A stretch of DNA of 64,000 bases from Candidatus Gastranaerophilales bacterium (GTDB lineage Bacteria > Cyanobacteriota > Vampirovibrionia > Gastranaerophilales > JAILCC01): assembly GCA_028696075.1 (NCBI GenBank), contig JAQVHS010000007.1:26603-90602 (forward strand). The letters are read 5' to 3'. This document shows, in pieces, positions 15,879 through 24,650 of the stretch. Position numbers and translations under genes: made by a program. Under the pieces are notes generated by a model. The model did no database searches. It had not been told where the DNA came from and saw only the letters and a list, made by a program, of their open reading frames with translations. Every line of letters starts with the position of its first letter. The stretch's first letter is position 1.

Positions 15879-18740
15879 ATGGGTGAAAAAACTTTAGTTT
15901 TAATAGACGGACATGCACTTGCTTATCGTATGTATTTTGCACTTGAGCGCACAGGGATGAAGACTTCGGAGAAGTTCCCCACGTGGGCGATTTTTGGGTT
16001 TGTAAAGTCAATCGTCGACCTTTTAAAAAAGATTAAACCCGATGCTATAGCGATATCTTTTGATGTAGGCAGAGAAACCTTTAGAACAGAGGAATATTCA
16101 GAGTATAAAGCAAACAGAGAAGCCATGCCGGATTCTCTACGCACTCAAATGCAGGCAATAGTAGACAGTGCCGAAGCTTTTAATATCCCGGTTTATACGC
16201 TGGAAGGTTTTGAAGCGGACGATTTAATCGGCACTATTGTTACAAAAGCAAAACAGCTTGGGCATCATTCAATAATCCTGACGGGAGATCAGGATTCGTT
16301 CCAACTTATTGATGAAGAAGGTTTTATAAAAGTTCTAATCCCTTCAAAAGGAGAGCTTGTCGAATATGATACACAAAAGGTGTATGACAAATTAAACGTT
16401 TACCCTGAACAAATAGTTGATTATAAGGCCTTAAGGGGCGATACCTCTGATAATATCCCGGGGGTTAAGGGAATAGGCGAAAAAACAGCCGCAAAGCTTC
16501 TTGACGAGTTTAAAACGCTTGATAATATCTATGCAAACCTTGATAAAATCTCTTCAAACTCTGTGCGCACAAAGCTGGAAGAACAAAAAGACATGGCTTA
16601 TAAGAGTCAATTTTTGGCAAGAATTTGCAAGGATGTTGACATTGACTTTAATTTTGAATCAGCCCATTTGGATATCCCTGACCCTTTAAAATTGCATGAT
16701 TTTCTCGCCAAATATGAGTTTAACAGTATGTTAAAGAACATAAATGATATTTTGAAGCTCTTTAATTTTGAAGAAAAACCACCAAAAATGCAGGAACTTA
16801 ACGAACAACCCCATGAAGGTCAGTTAAGCCTGTTTTCTATTCAGCCTCAATCTTGCCAGGCTTTTAGCGCACCTTTTAAAAAAGATGAGATAAAAAGAAT
16901 TACGGTAGATACTAAGGAAAAATTTTACACTTTGCTTGAAGATTTGAACCGCTCGGAAGTGTTTGCTTTTGACACGGAAACAAACGGGCTGAACATTCTT
17001 ACATCAAAAATTGTGGGTGTTTCTTTTGCTTTAAATAAAGCTGTTAAAGTGCAAAATTCAGAGCTAATCTGCGAAGATGATACGGCAGAAACCGTTTCTT
17101 ATTATATACCCATAAACCATAATGAGGCTAGGTATTTTGACCCTGATAAAGTAATTGAGCTTTTAAAACCTGTATTTGAAAGCAAAACCATTGCCAAAAT
17201 AGCCCAAAATGCAAAGTTTGAATACCATATTTTGAAAAACCATAATATTGAGCTTGAAAATGTAATTTTTGATACTATGATAGCCAGCTATGTCAATGAT
17301 TCAGCGGCAAAACACGGATTGAAGCAGCAGGCTCTTAAGTATTTGAAGTTCGAAATGCAGGAAATAACAGAGCTTATAGGTAAAGGTAAAAACGAAATTA
17401 CCATGGATATGGTTTGTATAGAACAAGCCGCTCATTACGCCTGTGACGATGCTTATGCAACCATGGAGCTTGCTAAGTATCATATTGAAAAATTCGACGA
17501 AGATGACAAAAACCTTTTCTACAAGATTGAAATGCCGCTTGTGAAAGTTCTTTATAACATGGAAAGAGCAGGGGTCAGCCTTGATGTGAAATATCTTAAT
17601 ACGCTTTCTTTGGAGCTTGAAGGTAAAATTATTGAATTGGAAAAACAAATTCTTGCTATAGCAGGTGTGAATTTTAACCTTAACTCACCCAGACAGATAG
17701 GTGAAATTCTGTTCGAAAGACTGCAGATACAGCCTAAGGGTAAAAATAAGACCAAAACCGGTTACAGCACAAGCGCGGATATTTTAGAAAGTCTGGCGAA
17801 AGATTATGAAATAGCTGATTTAATCCTTAAGCACAGGCATTTATCAAAAATTAAATCCACTTTTGTAGACAGTTTGCCGCTGCTTATAAGCAAAAAGGAT
17901 AACAGGCTTCATACAAGCTACAACCAAACAGTTACAACAACAGGACGCTTAAGCAGCTCTAACCCCAATTTACAGAATATTCCGATTAAAACAAATATAG
18001 GTATTAAAATAAGAGGGGCTTTTGTTCCTCAAGACCCTTCAAATTATTACATCTTAACGGCAGATTATTCCCAAATTGAACTTCGGCTGCTTGCTCATTA
18101 TTCGCAAGATAAAACTCTTACGGAAGCTTTCAGAAACAATGAGGATATCCACTCTCTTACCGCAAGCAAAGTGTTTGGGGTAAGTATGGATAAAGTTACC
18201 AAAGATATGCGCCGAAAAGCAAAAGCCGTGAATTTCGGTATAGTATACGGGCAGACAAAATACGGTTTAGCCGATACTCTCGGGATTTCTCAACAAGAGG
18301 CGCAGGAGTTTATAGATAAATACTTTGAAACCTATCCTGATATTAAACGGTATATGGAAGAAACTTTAAGCTTTGGGGTTCAGAACGGTTACGTAACAAC
18401 GCTTTATGGACGAAAAAGATATTTTAACGAAGAGCTTAGAAGTTCAAATCGCAACATTCGCGAATTTGCCCAAAGAGCCGCCATAAACTCGCCTTTGCAA
18501 GGTACAGCTTCTGATTTAATAAAAATGGCTATGATAAAATTGGAAAATAAGATAAAATCTAAACAGCTGGATGCTACACTGATTATACAGGTTCATGACG
18601 AACTTATTTTAGAGGCAAGCAAGGCGCAGATTGACGAAATTGCTAATATAACAAAAGAATGTATGGAACTTTCGCAGCCTTTGTATGTGCCTCTGGTGGC
18701 AGACATTGAATACGGCGGCAATTGGATGGAAACAAAATAA
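15879..18740 (+). CDS. polA: DNA polymerase I
   Basis: The 953-aa ORF has a 5'-nuclease N-terminus, a 3'-5' exonuclease motif (AFDTETNGL), polymerase motif A (DYSQIELRLLAH), motif B (RRKAKAVNFGIVYG) and motif C (QVHDELI). Confidence 0.95.
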   Translation: MGEKTLVLIDGHALAYRMYFALERTGMKTSEKFPTWAIFGFVKSIVDLLKKIKPDAIAISFDVGRETFRTEEYSEYKANREAMPDSLRTQMQAIVDSAEAFNIPVYTLEGFEADDLIGTIVTKAKQLGHHSIILTGDQDSFQLIDEEGFIKVLIPSKGELVEYDTQKVYDKLNVYPEQIVDYKALRGDTSDNIPGVKGIGEKTAAKLLDEFKTLDNIYANLDKISSNSVRTKLEEQKDMAYKSQFLARICKDVDIDFNFESAHLDIPDPLKLHDFLAKYEFNSMLKNINDILKLFNFEEKPPKMQELNEQPHEGQLSLFSIQPQSCQAFSAPFKKDEIKRITVDTKEKFYTLLEDLNRSEVFAFDTETNGLNILTSKIVGVSFALNKAVKVQNSELICEDDTAETVSYYIPINHNEARYFDPDKVIELLKPVFESKTIAKIAQNAKFEYHILKNHNIELENVIFDTMIASYVNDSAAKHGLKQQALKYLKFEMQEITELIGKGKNEITMDMVCIEQAAHYACDDAYATMELAKYHIEKFDEDDKNLFYKIEMPLVKVLYNMERAGVSLDVKYLNTLSLELEGKIIELEKQILAIAGVNFNLNSPRQIGEILFERLQIQPKGKNKTKTGYSTSADILESLAKDYEIADLILKHRHLSKIKSTFVDSLPLLISKKDNRLHTSYNQTVTTTGRLSSSNPNLQNIPIKTNIGIKIRGAFVPQDPSNYYILTADYSQIELRLLAHYSQDKTLTEAFRNNEDIHSLTASKVFGVSMDKVTKDMRRKAKAVNFGIVYGQTKYGLADTLGISQQEAQEFIDKYFETYPDIKRYMEETLSFGVQNGYVTTLYGRKRYFNEELRSSNRNIREFAQRAAINSPLQGTASDLIKMAMIKLENKIKSKQLDATLIIQVHDELILEASKAQIDEIANITKECMELSQPLYVPLVADIEYGGNWMETK

Positions 18741-18759
18741 CAATATAAGGATAGTGTAT

Positions 18760-19371
18760 ATGAGATTAGGTGTATTTTTATCGTTGATGGTTTTACTGCT
18801 TTTTATGAACGCAGGCTTTGCAGATGTTGTGTACAAATCAAAATCAACCGTAACTAATGCTAATAATATGCAACTGGAGGATATACAGCTTAATATTATA
18901 CCGGTAATAGAAACAGGGAGAGGAACACAGCCAAAGACGATTAATTCGGACAAGGTTTATGTAGCGCCTGTTATTATGCCGGCTAATGCGCAAAAACCTT
19001 CGTTGAATGTTAATGTGGAAAATCTGAAAAATATAAAAAAGGCGCCGCTACTGCCTAATGACAATATAAACTCTTCTTTAACCCAATATATAAACTATTA
19101 TCAGGGCGGATATGATAATGTCTTTATGGCTGTTGTCAGCACTATTGAAAAATCCGATATAAATTTAGTATCATTTGACAGTCAAAGCGGTCGAATTTTT
19201 TGCAATTACAAAGGACAAAAACCGATGTTCGTATCAGTAAGCGAGTATAATGATAAGACGGTTATGGTAAAAGTTACCCCCGCAGACGGGATTTATAATA
19301 TACCCTCAGCAGAAATAAATAAAATATTCGGCGGAATAAATACAACCCTGGCAAAACAAAGAACAAATTGA
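18760..19371 (+). CDS. Hypothetical secreted protein
   Basis: I start it at ATG 18760 (AAGGA SD, signal-like MRLGVFLSLMVLLLFMNAGFA). The track start at 18685 overlaps the polA 3' end. I recognise no family. Confidence 0.6.
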   Translation: MRLGVFLSLMVLLLFMNAGFADVVYKSKSTVTNANNMQLEDIQLNIIPVIETGRGTQPKTINSDKVYVAPVIMPANAQKPSLNVNVENLKNIKKAPLLPNDNINSSLTQYINYYQGGYDNVFMAVVSTIEKSDINLVSFDSQSGRIFCNYKGQKPMFVSVSEYNDKTVMVKVTPADGIYNIPSAEINKIFGGINTTLAKQRTN

Positions 19372-21776
19372 GGCAGAACGTGCAAAAAAAATGGGATATT
19401 CAGGAAAATAAAAGCTTCGATAAAAAGATTGTTGATATTGCAGGGGATGAAATTATTGCCCGAATTTTGGCAAACAGAGGGGTGGATACCCTTAAAAAAC
19501 TTGATAAATTTATGCACCCTTTAGAATTTGAATTTTCATCGCCGTACCTTTTTAAGGACATGAAAAAAGCTGTTGAACGTATCAAAATAGCCATAGAACA
19601 ATCACAAAACATTGTAATTTACGGTGATTTTGACTGTGATGGCGTAACAAGTACGGCTCTTTTATATAAAACACTGGTTAAAATCGGTGCAAAGGCAGGC
19701 TGTTATATCCCTGACAGGTCAAGCGAGAACCATGGGCTTAATTCCAAAGCTGTTTGCGAAATTATCTCCAAGCAGCGTGCAAAACTTATAATAACGGTAG
19801 ATAACGGTATCAGCAACAATGCAGAGATTAAACTTGCGCAAAGCTTCGGGTGTGATGTTATTTTGACAGACCACCATGAGCCATCAGGCAGCGTACCTGA
19901 GGCTTATTGTATTTTAAATCCTAAATATTCCGAATGTCTTATTGATGATATAGAGTTTGAACAAGTGGAAGATTTAAGAAACCTTGCAGGCGTAGGAGTA
20001 GCGTATAAACTTGCTTGTGCGGTTTTGGATGAATTTAAACTTCAACAGTTTGCGAAAGAGCTGCTGTATATCGTAACTATAGGAACTATTGCGGATGTAA
20101 TGCCTATTTTAGGCGAAAACAGGGCTATTGTTGCACAGGGTTTGGAATGTATAAAAACATATAAACCGAAATCAATTCTGCAACTTTTATCCTCAATGAC
20201 CAAAGATATAGAAAAAACAGACAGTGAAACCATCGCTTATTTTATAGCTCCGAGGATAAATGCGGCGGGAAGGCTGGCACATGCAAACACTGCTTTGGAG
20301 CTTTTGGTGAGCGAAGACAAAGAAAAAATAGAATTTGCCGTGATGGAGGTTAACCGCCTTAATAACTTAAGACAGCAAATGTGTGATACTGCGCTTAATG
20401 AAGCTTTAATTAAACTTGATAAATCTAATATGCTCAAAAAAAATAAGGCTGTAATTCTGGCTGATAAAATCTGGCATGTAGGTATTATAGGACTTTTAGC
20501 TTCCAAGCTTGCGGAAATGTTTAACAGACCCGTATTTATAATGAGCATTGATGAAAATGAAAATCTCGCAAAATGCTCTATAAGGGGAGTAAAAGGATTT
20601 AATGTATATGAAACTCTTCAGCAGCTTGACGGCATTTTTGAAAGCTACGGCGGACATGCGCTTGCAGGCGGTTTTGTAGCGGATTTGAGCAAAATAACAG
20701 TTAAAGATTTGTCTCAAAAAATCCTTGATGCAGCCAACAAGTCTGCATCTGATGAATTTTTATCTCCAAAAATATCAATCGATGCCATTGTTAAACCGGA
20801 AAATCTAACGGTTGATTTTATAAACAAACTTGCTATCCTAGAACCTTACGGACAAAACAACAACCAATGTGTGTTCGGGATGGAAGATTTAGTCCTTAAA
20901 AAATTTGATACAATAGGCGCTAATGCTCATTTGAAGATGTTTTTCTCTTCTAAAAACGGAGAAATCTTCGAAGGACTTATTTGGAACAAAAATGAACATC
21001 CTGTTAACCTTCTTGATAAGGTAGATTTAACTTTTGTCCCTAAAATTAATACTTTTAACGATAAAACCTCGGTTCAGCTGAATATTAAAAATATTTACAT
21101 AAAAAATCGTGAAGTCCCCTCAAACTTTGAAGAACCCAACCAAACAGAAGAATCTATTCTGATTGACCACCGTAAAAAAACAGATTACCTTAAGACTCTA
21201 AACAGCTATTTAGCTGCAAAAGATGCCTGTGTTTTTGTTGAAAATCCTAAAATCCTGCAGCAGCTTACTAATTATGATAAGGTTAAAGAAAAGAGTGTTA
21301 ACAGGTTTTCAACCCAAAAGTGCGAGGAGCTGATTATTCTTGATACACCTTGTGAGGCTGAGGTTTTAAACGATATTATATCAAATTCCAAACCTCAAAA
21401 AATCCATGTCTTTAATTTTAATTCCAATAATTTGGAACCTGTAGATTATATCAAAACATTATCAGGCATGCTTAAGTATTCTTATAACAATAATTCAGGT
21501 AAGCTTGATATCAAAAAAAGCCTGGTATTTCTTTCAACATCATTTAATTGCTTGGAAACCTGCCTGAACCTTTTGGCGGATACGGGTGTTATAACCTTAA
21601 TTTCGATAGATGGCAATCTGTGCGAATTTGAATTTTTGAAAGCCAAGCCTGTGAATGAAATTTTATTGTCTGACCTGTACAGTGATTTTGAAGTAGAATT
21701 CCGGTCTATAGCTGACTTTAGGGTGGATTTTAGCACCCTTGAGATAACTGCCGTAAAAGATTTAATATTGAAATAA
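19368..21776 (+). CDS. recJ: Single-stranded-DNA-specific exonuclease RecJ with a long C-terminal extension
   Basis: DHH-family motifs are present: DFDCDGVTS, TVDNG, LTDHHEP and the DHHA1 motif GGHALAGGF. The start (TTG 19368 or GTG 19380) is uncertain. Confidence 0.9.
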   Translation: MRQNVQKKWDIQENKSFDKKIVDIAGDEIIARILANRGVDTLKKLDKFMHPLEFEFSSPYLFKDMKKAVERIKIAIEQSQNIVIYGDFDCDGVTSTALLYKTLVKIGAKAGCYIPDRSSENHGLNSKAVCEIISKQRAKLIITVDNGISNNAEIKLAQSFGCDVILTDHHEPSGSVPEAYCILNPKYSECLIDDIEFEQVEDLRNLAGVGVAYKLACAVLDEFKLQQFAKELLYIVTIGTIADVMPILGENRAIVAQGLECIKTYKPKSILQLLSSMTKDIEKTDSETIAYFIAPRINAAGRLAHANTALELLVSEDKEKIEFAVMEVNRLNNLRQQMCDTALNEALIKLDKSNMLKKNKAVILADKIWHVGIIGLLASKLAEMFNRPVFIMSIDENENLAKCSIRGVKGFNVYETLQQLDGIFESYGGHALAGGFVADLSKITVKDLSQKILDAANKSASDEFLSPKISIDAIVKPENLTVDFINKLAILEPYGQNNNQCVFGMEDLVLKKFDTIGANAHLKMFFSSKNGEIFEGLIWNKNEHPVNLLDKVDLTFVPKINTFNDKTSVQLNIKNIYIKNREVPSNFEEPNQTEESILIDHRKKTDYLKTLNSYLAAKDACVFVENPKILQQLTNYDKVKEKSVNRFSTQKCEELIILDTPCEAEVLNDIISNSKPQKIHVFNFNSNNLEPVDYIKTLSGMLKYSYNNNSGKLDIKKSLVFLSTSFNCLETCLNLLADTGVITLISIDGNLCEFEFLKAKPVNEILLSDLYSDFEVEFRSIADFRVDFSTLEITAVKDLILK

Positions 21777-21859
21777 TAAATTTTTCATTAAATTACTAAA
21801 TATCAAAGACAACATGGTATATAATGTAAATATGGGTAAAATCTACCGGGAGGTATGGT

Positions 21860-22210
21860 ATGAATACCGAATATTATGTAAAAATGATTTTTAGTAAAAT
21901 GGCATGTTCTCAATGCGGTACAAATTTTGATGACGATTGTATTGATATAATAAGGATAGAGGATAACTGCGCTATCGTAAGAATTTTTTGTACAACCTGC
22001 AGTAAAAACTATGGCATAGCTATAATAGGTATAGAGCGTATTGGCGAGCTTGAAATGCCTGAACATATTGAAGATGGTTCAGAGCCTGTTTCTTATGATG
22101 ATGTTATAGATGCCCATAAGTTTATATCTGAAATGGGACCGGACTGGATGAAATATATTCCGCAGGAAAAACTTATAGCCGTTAATAGTATGTATTCTGA
22201 CGAAGAGTAG
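21860..22210 (+). CDS. Hypothetical protein with a putative CxxC...CxxC zinc ribbon
   Basis: The 116-aa ORF has a GGGAGG SD upstream. It carries CSQCGTNF...CTTCSKNY and an acidic C-terminus. I recognise no family. Confidence 0.5.
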   Translation: MNTEYYVKMIFSKMACSQCGTNFDDDCIDIIRIEDNCAIVRIFCTTCSKNYGIAIIGIERIGELEMPEHIEDGSEPVSYDDVIDAHKFISEMGPDWMKYIPQEKLIAVNSMYSDEE

Positions 22211-22267
22211 AAGGCAAGGACAAGCGCTAAGCCATTTAATTTCTAAGCTTCCAAAACCACCCCCTAT

Positions 22268-22293
22268 AAAAAAACCACCCTTTGACAGGTGGT
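22268..22293 (-). terminator. Strong minus-strand intrinsic terminator about 190 nt downstream of the HExxH gene
   Basis: On the minus strand ACCACC-tgtcaaag-GGTGG is followed by a T7 run. Confidence 0.55.
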
Positions 22294-22485
22294 GTGTTTC
22301 TGCATCCTAATGGTCTCTTCTTCCATTAATACTTAATAATTAGTGTTTCATTTACACTTATAACTTAGCACATGCTCTTATACTTTGTCAAGCTTTTTTT
22401 GATAAAACTTATTAAGGTTAGTAATAAATCTTAATAATAAAATTTAAAGGCTTAAAATACAGGTTAATTAAGCTTTTAAAGAGTT

Positions 22486-23223
22486 TTATTTTTCGTTTGC
22501 AAGTTGTTTAATCATATGCGCAATAAGATTTGCTTTGTGATTAGGGCTTTCAATGGGTAAATCACCGTATTTTTCGCTTATACGCTTGATAAGCCTTGCG
22601 GAATCCGGGCTGAAAAACAGCTTTGCATACAGTTCAACTCCGTCTTTTATTATAGGTGCGACAGAGTTTTTAAAGGCATTTGGGTATTTTTTATTATAAG
22701 CATTAAAAACCAATGAATTCATAGCCAGACAATCAACCTCTTCCTGAATGGAGGAGTAATAGTCTTTGTCTTTGGCATGGGATAATTCATGCATTATGGA
22801 GGCTGAGATTGCAAGCATTATATCAAAGCCTTTTTCATTTTTATATTTTTGGTTAATCACAATCGTATTGCGTTCTTTTGACCATTGGGCATGTATGTCA
22901 GGATGGTCTACTTCATCAAAAATAATGGATATTTTATTTCCGGCGGCAAAATCTATTGCTTCTTTGCCGTTATTAAAACATATTTTTGCGCCGAGTTTTT
23001 TGATATGTTGCACATCTTCCGGATTAAATTCTATGCTTTCCAGGCTTTTGAATGCCGTATCGAGTATATTAGAGTGTAGGTTAAATTGGTCTTCCTGTAT
23101 TAGAACGGGTTTGTATGTGAAATTCCCTGTAAAAAAATCATTGTACAGGTTTTTAACCTTGCTCTCATCATATAAAGCAGTTCCAAATGAGTTATTAATA
23201 TTATTTATTATGTTGATTTGCAC
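22486..23223 (-). CDS. Hypothetical protein with an HExxH (zincin-like) motif
   Basis: The 245-aa ORF carries SIMHELSHAKD followed by EEVD about 15 aa later. It has no signal peptide. I recognise no family beyond the motif. Confidence 0.55.
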   Translation of the reverse strand: MQINIINNINNSFGTALYDESKVKNLYNDFFTGNFTYKPVLIQEDQFNLHSNILDTAFKSLESIEFNPEDVQHIKKLGAKICFNNGKEAIDFAAGNKISIIFDEVDHPDIHAQWSKERNTIVINQKYKNEKGFDIMLAISASIMHELSHAKDKDYYSSIQEEVDCLAMNSLVFNAYNKKYPNAFKNSVAPIIKDGVELYAKLFFSPDSARLIKRISEKYGDLPIESPNHKANLIAHMIKQLANEK

Positions 23224-23272
23224 GTAAATATTCCCTGTTATTCAGGTTAAACCATGGCAAAAAAATTTTTTG

Positions 23273-23626
23273 CTAGTGCGGCCTGGTTTGGTTAAGTTTG
23301 TTTCTTAAAGCTCTGAAGCGTTCTATATCTTCATTAGAACGGGAATTTTCTTTAAATAACACTTGTGAAGACGGGTGAACAAGTAAAATAGAGTCGATAT
23401 GTACTTCTAAAAAATTATATTTTCTGGGAGGCTGATTGGCATTTTTGCTCATTATTTCAGCATCAGTTACCGCCAAAAATCTTCTTTCCGAATCATTTAA
23501 TAAATCTGTCAGTTCCCTGTTGGAATTCGTATATTTAGACACATGGACAGTGCCTTTTATATCATAATCAGGGGTTAAAATATAAACCTCAATAGGTATA
23601 GTGTCAACTTTTTTTCCCATGTTCAT
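23273..23626 (-). CDS. Hypothetical protein
   Basis: The 117-aa ORF is on the same strand as, and closely spaced with, its two flanking orphan genes. I recognise no family. Confidence 0.5.
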   Translation of the reverse strand: MNMGKKVDTIPIEVYILTPDYDIKGTVHVSKYTNSNRELTDLLNDSERRFLAVTDAEIMSKNANQPPRKYNFLEVHIDSILLVHPSSQVLFKENSRSNEDIERFRALRNKLNQTRPH

Positions 23627-23685
23627 TGCCCAAAAATATCAACAAAATTAAGTATAATATAAAAAATCAGATAAGACTAGTATTT

Positions 23686-24012
23686 TTACTCTTCTTCAAT
23701 AGGTTGAACTATTTTTTCTTTTGAATTTTTACTCGTATTCTCTTTTTTCCCATTATTTTTATACTTGTCTTTAGTCTTAATTATATTTACTTTGTTTAAA
23801 CTTGCCAAAGAGTTAAGGGTCGCACGAAGTTGGGCGCTTCTGTCAACAAAATTAGAGTTGTTAAAATCTCTGTTTTCATCCTGCTGTCCTCTGTTTCTGC
23901 GGTCAAAATACTCTTCGCTTGAGTTTTTGTCGTTAGGATTATTGGCAACTTCAGCGTTGTTCATATTGATTATGGGGCGGTTAAGATTGTTTAAGCCTGT
24001 GCCTTCAGCCAT
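23686..24012 (-). CDS. Hypothetical N/K-rich low-complexity protein
   Basis: This 108-aa ORF is the first gene of the three-gene minus-strand cluster. Compositional bias makes its coding status less certain. Confidence 0.4.
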   Translation of the reverse strand: MAEGTGLNNLNRPIINMNNAEVANNPNDKNSSEEYFDRRNRGQQDENRDFNNSNFVDRSAQLRATLNSLASLNKVNIIKTKDKYKNNGKKENTSKNSKEKIVQPIEEE

Positions 24013-24227
24013 AAATCGTTTCCTTTTTCTCTCCGTTAGTAATTAATTGTACCAGTTTTTCCAAAAAAAACTATAGGTCAAATTAATGAGTCCTCCAGTA
24101 TCTTTTAAAGAGCGTTAATAAAATAATTTGTTACTAAATATTTTAAAGCTTAATGAAAGTTTACAATGTGTTAATTTTTTTTGTGTTTAGCTTTAAAAGA
24201 ATTATTAGAGCTTATAGGAGTATTTTT

Positions 24228-24524
24228 ATGCAAGTAAGTTTTCGAGGTTTAAGATTAGTTGACTTAAAAACGGCAGATAAATTAACCCTTGACAATAGCC
24301 AAGTAAGGGGCATTGAAAACGCACCTGATGGTGATTCTTATTTATTGAGATACAGGAGCGGCGGAGAAACTAAAACAGCAAAAATCGCTCCAAATGCCAT
24401 AATGTCAAGCCAAAATAGGGAAAATGAGCTTTTCAGGCTGGAAACAGCTCTTCTTAAGGGTATGTCAGATAGCACGGCTTTAGTATCCATTATTGCCGAC
24501 ATAAATTTTGATGTGAAAGCTTAA
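24228..24524 (+). CDS. Hypothetical protein
   Basis: I start it at ATG 24228, with a TAGGAG SD at 24215-24220 seven nt upstream. The track start at 24153 lacks an SD. Length is 98 aa. I recognise no family. Confidence 0.5.
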   Translation: MQVSFRGLRLVDLKTADKLTLDNSQVRGIENAPDGDSYLLRYRSGGETKTAKIAPNAIMSSQNRENELFRLETALLKGMSDSTALVSIIADINFDVKA

Positions 24525-24650
24525 ACATAATAGCCTTTTTATAATGCTTTTAAATCCTTTTCCTATACTAATTTTTAGTGTTTGCCATGTCGGATTTTCA
24601 TGGTAGTATTAATTAATGATTAAAGTAGTTGGAAGAGTAAAGGAATATCA

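Noticed and set aside
22766-23227. A 153-aa plus-strand ORF and the nested ORF at 22885-23079.
   Set aside because: They are antisense to the HExxH gene, which is part of a co-directional three-gene string. They have no SD and no recognisable motif.
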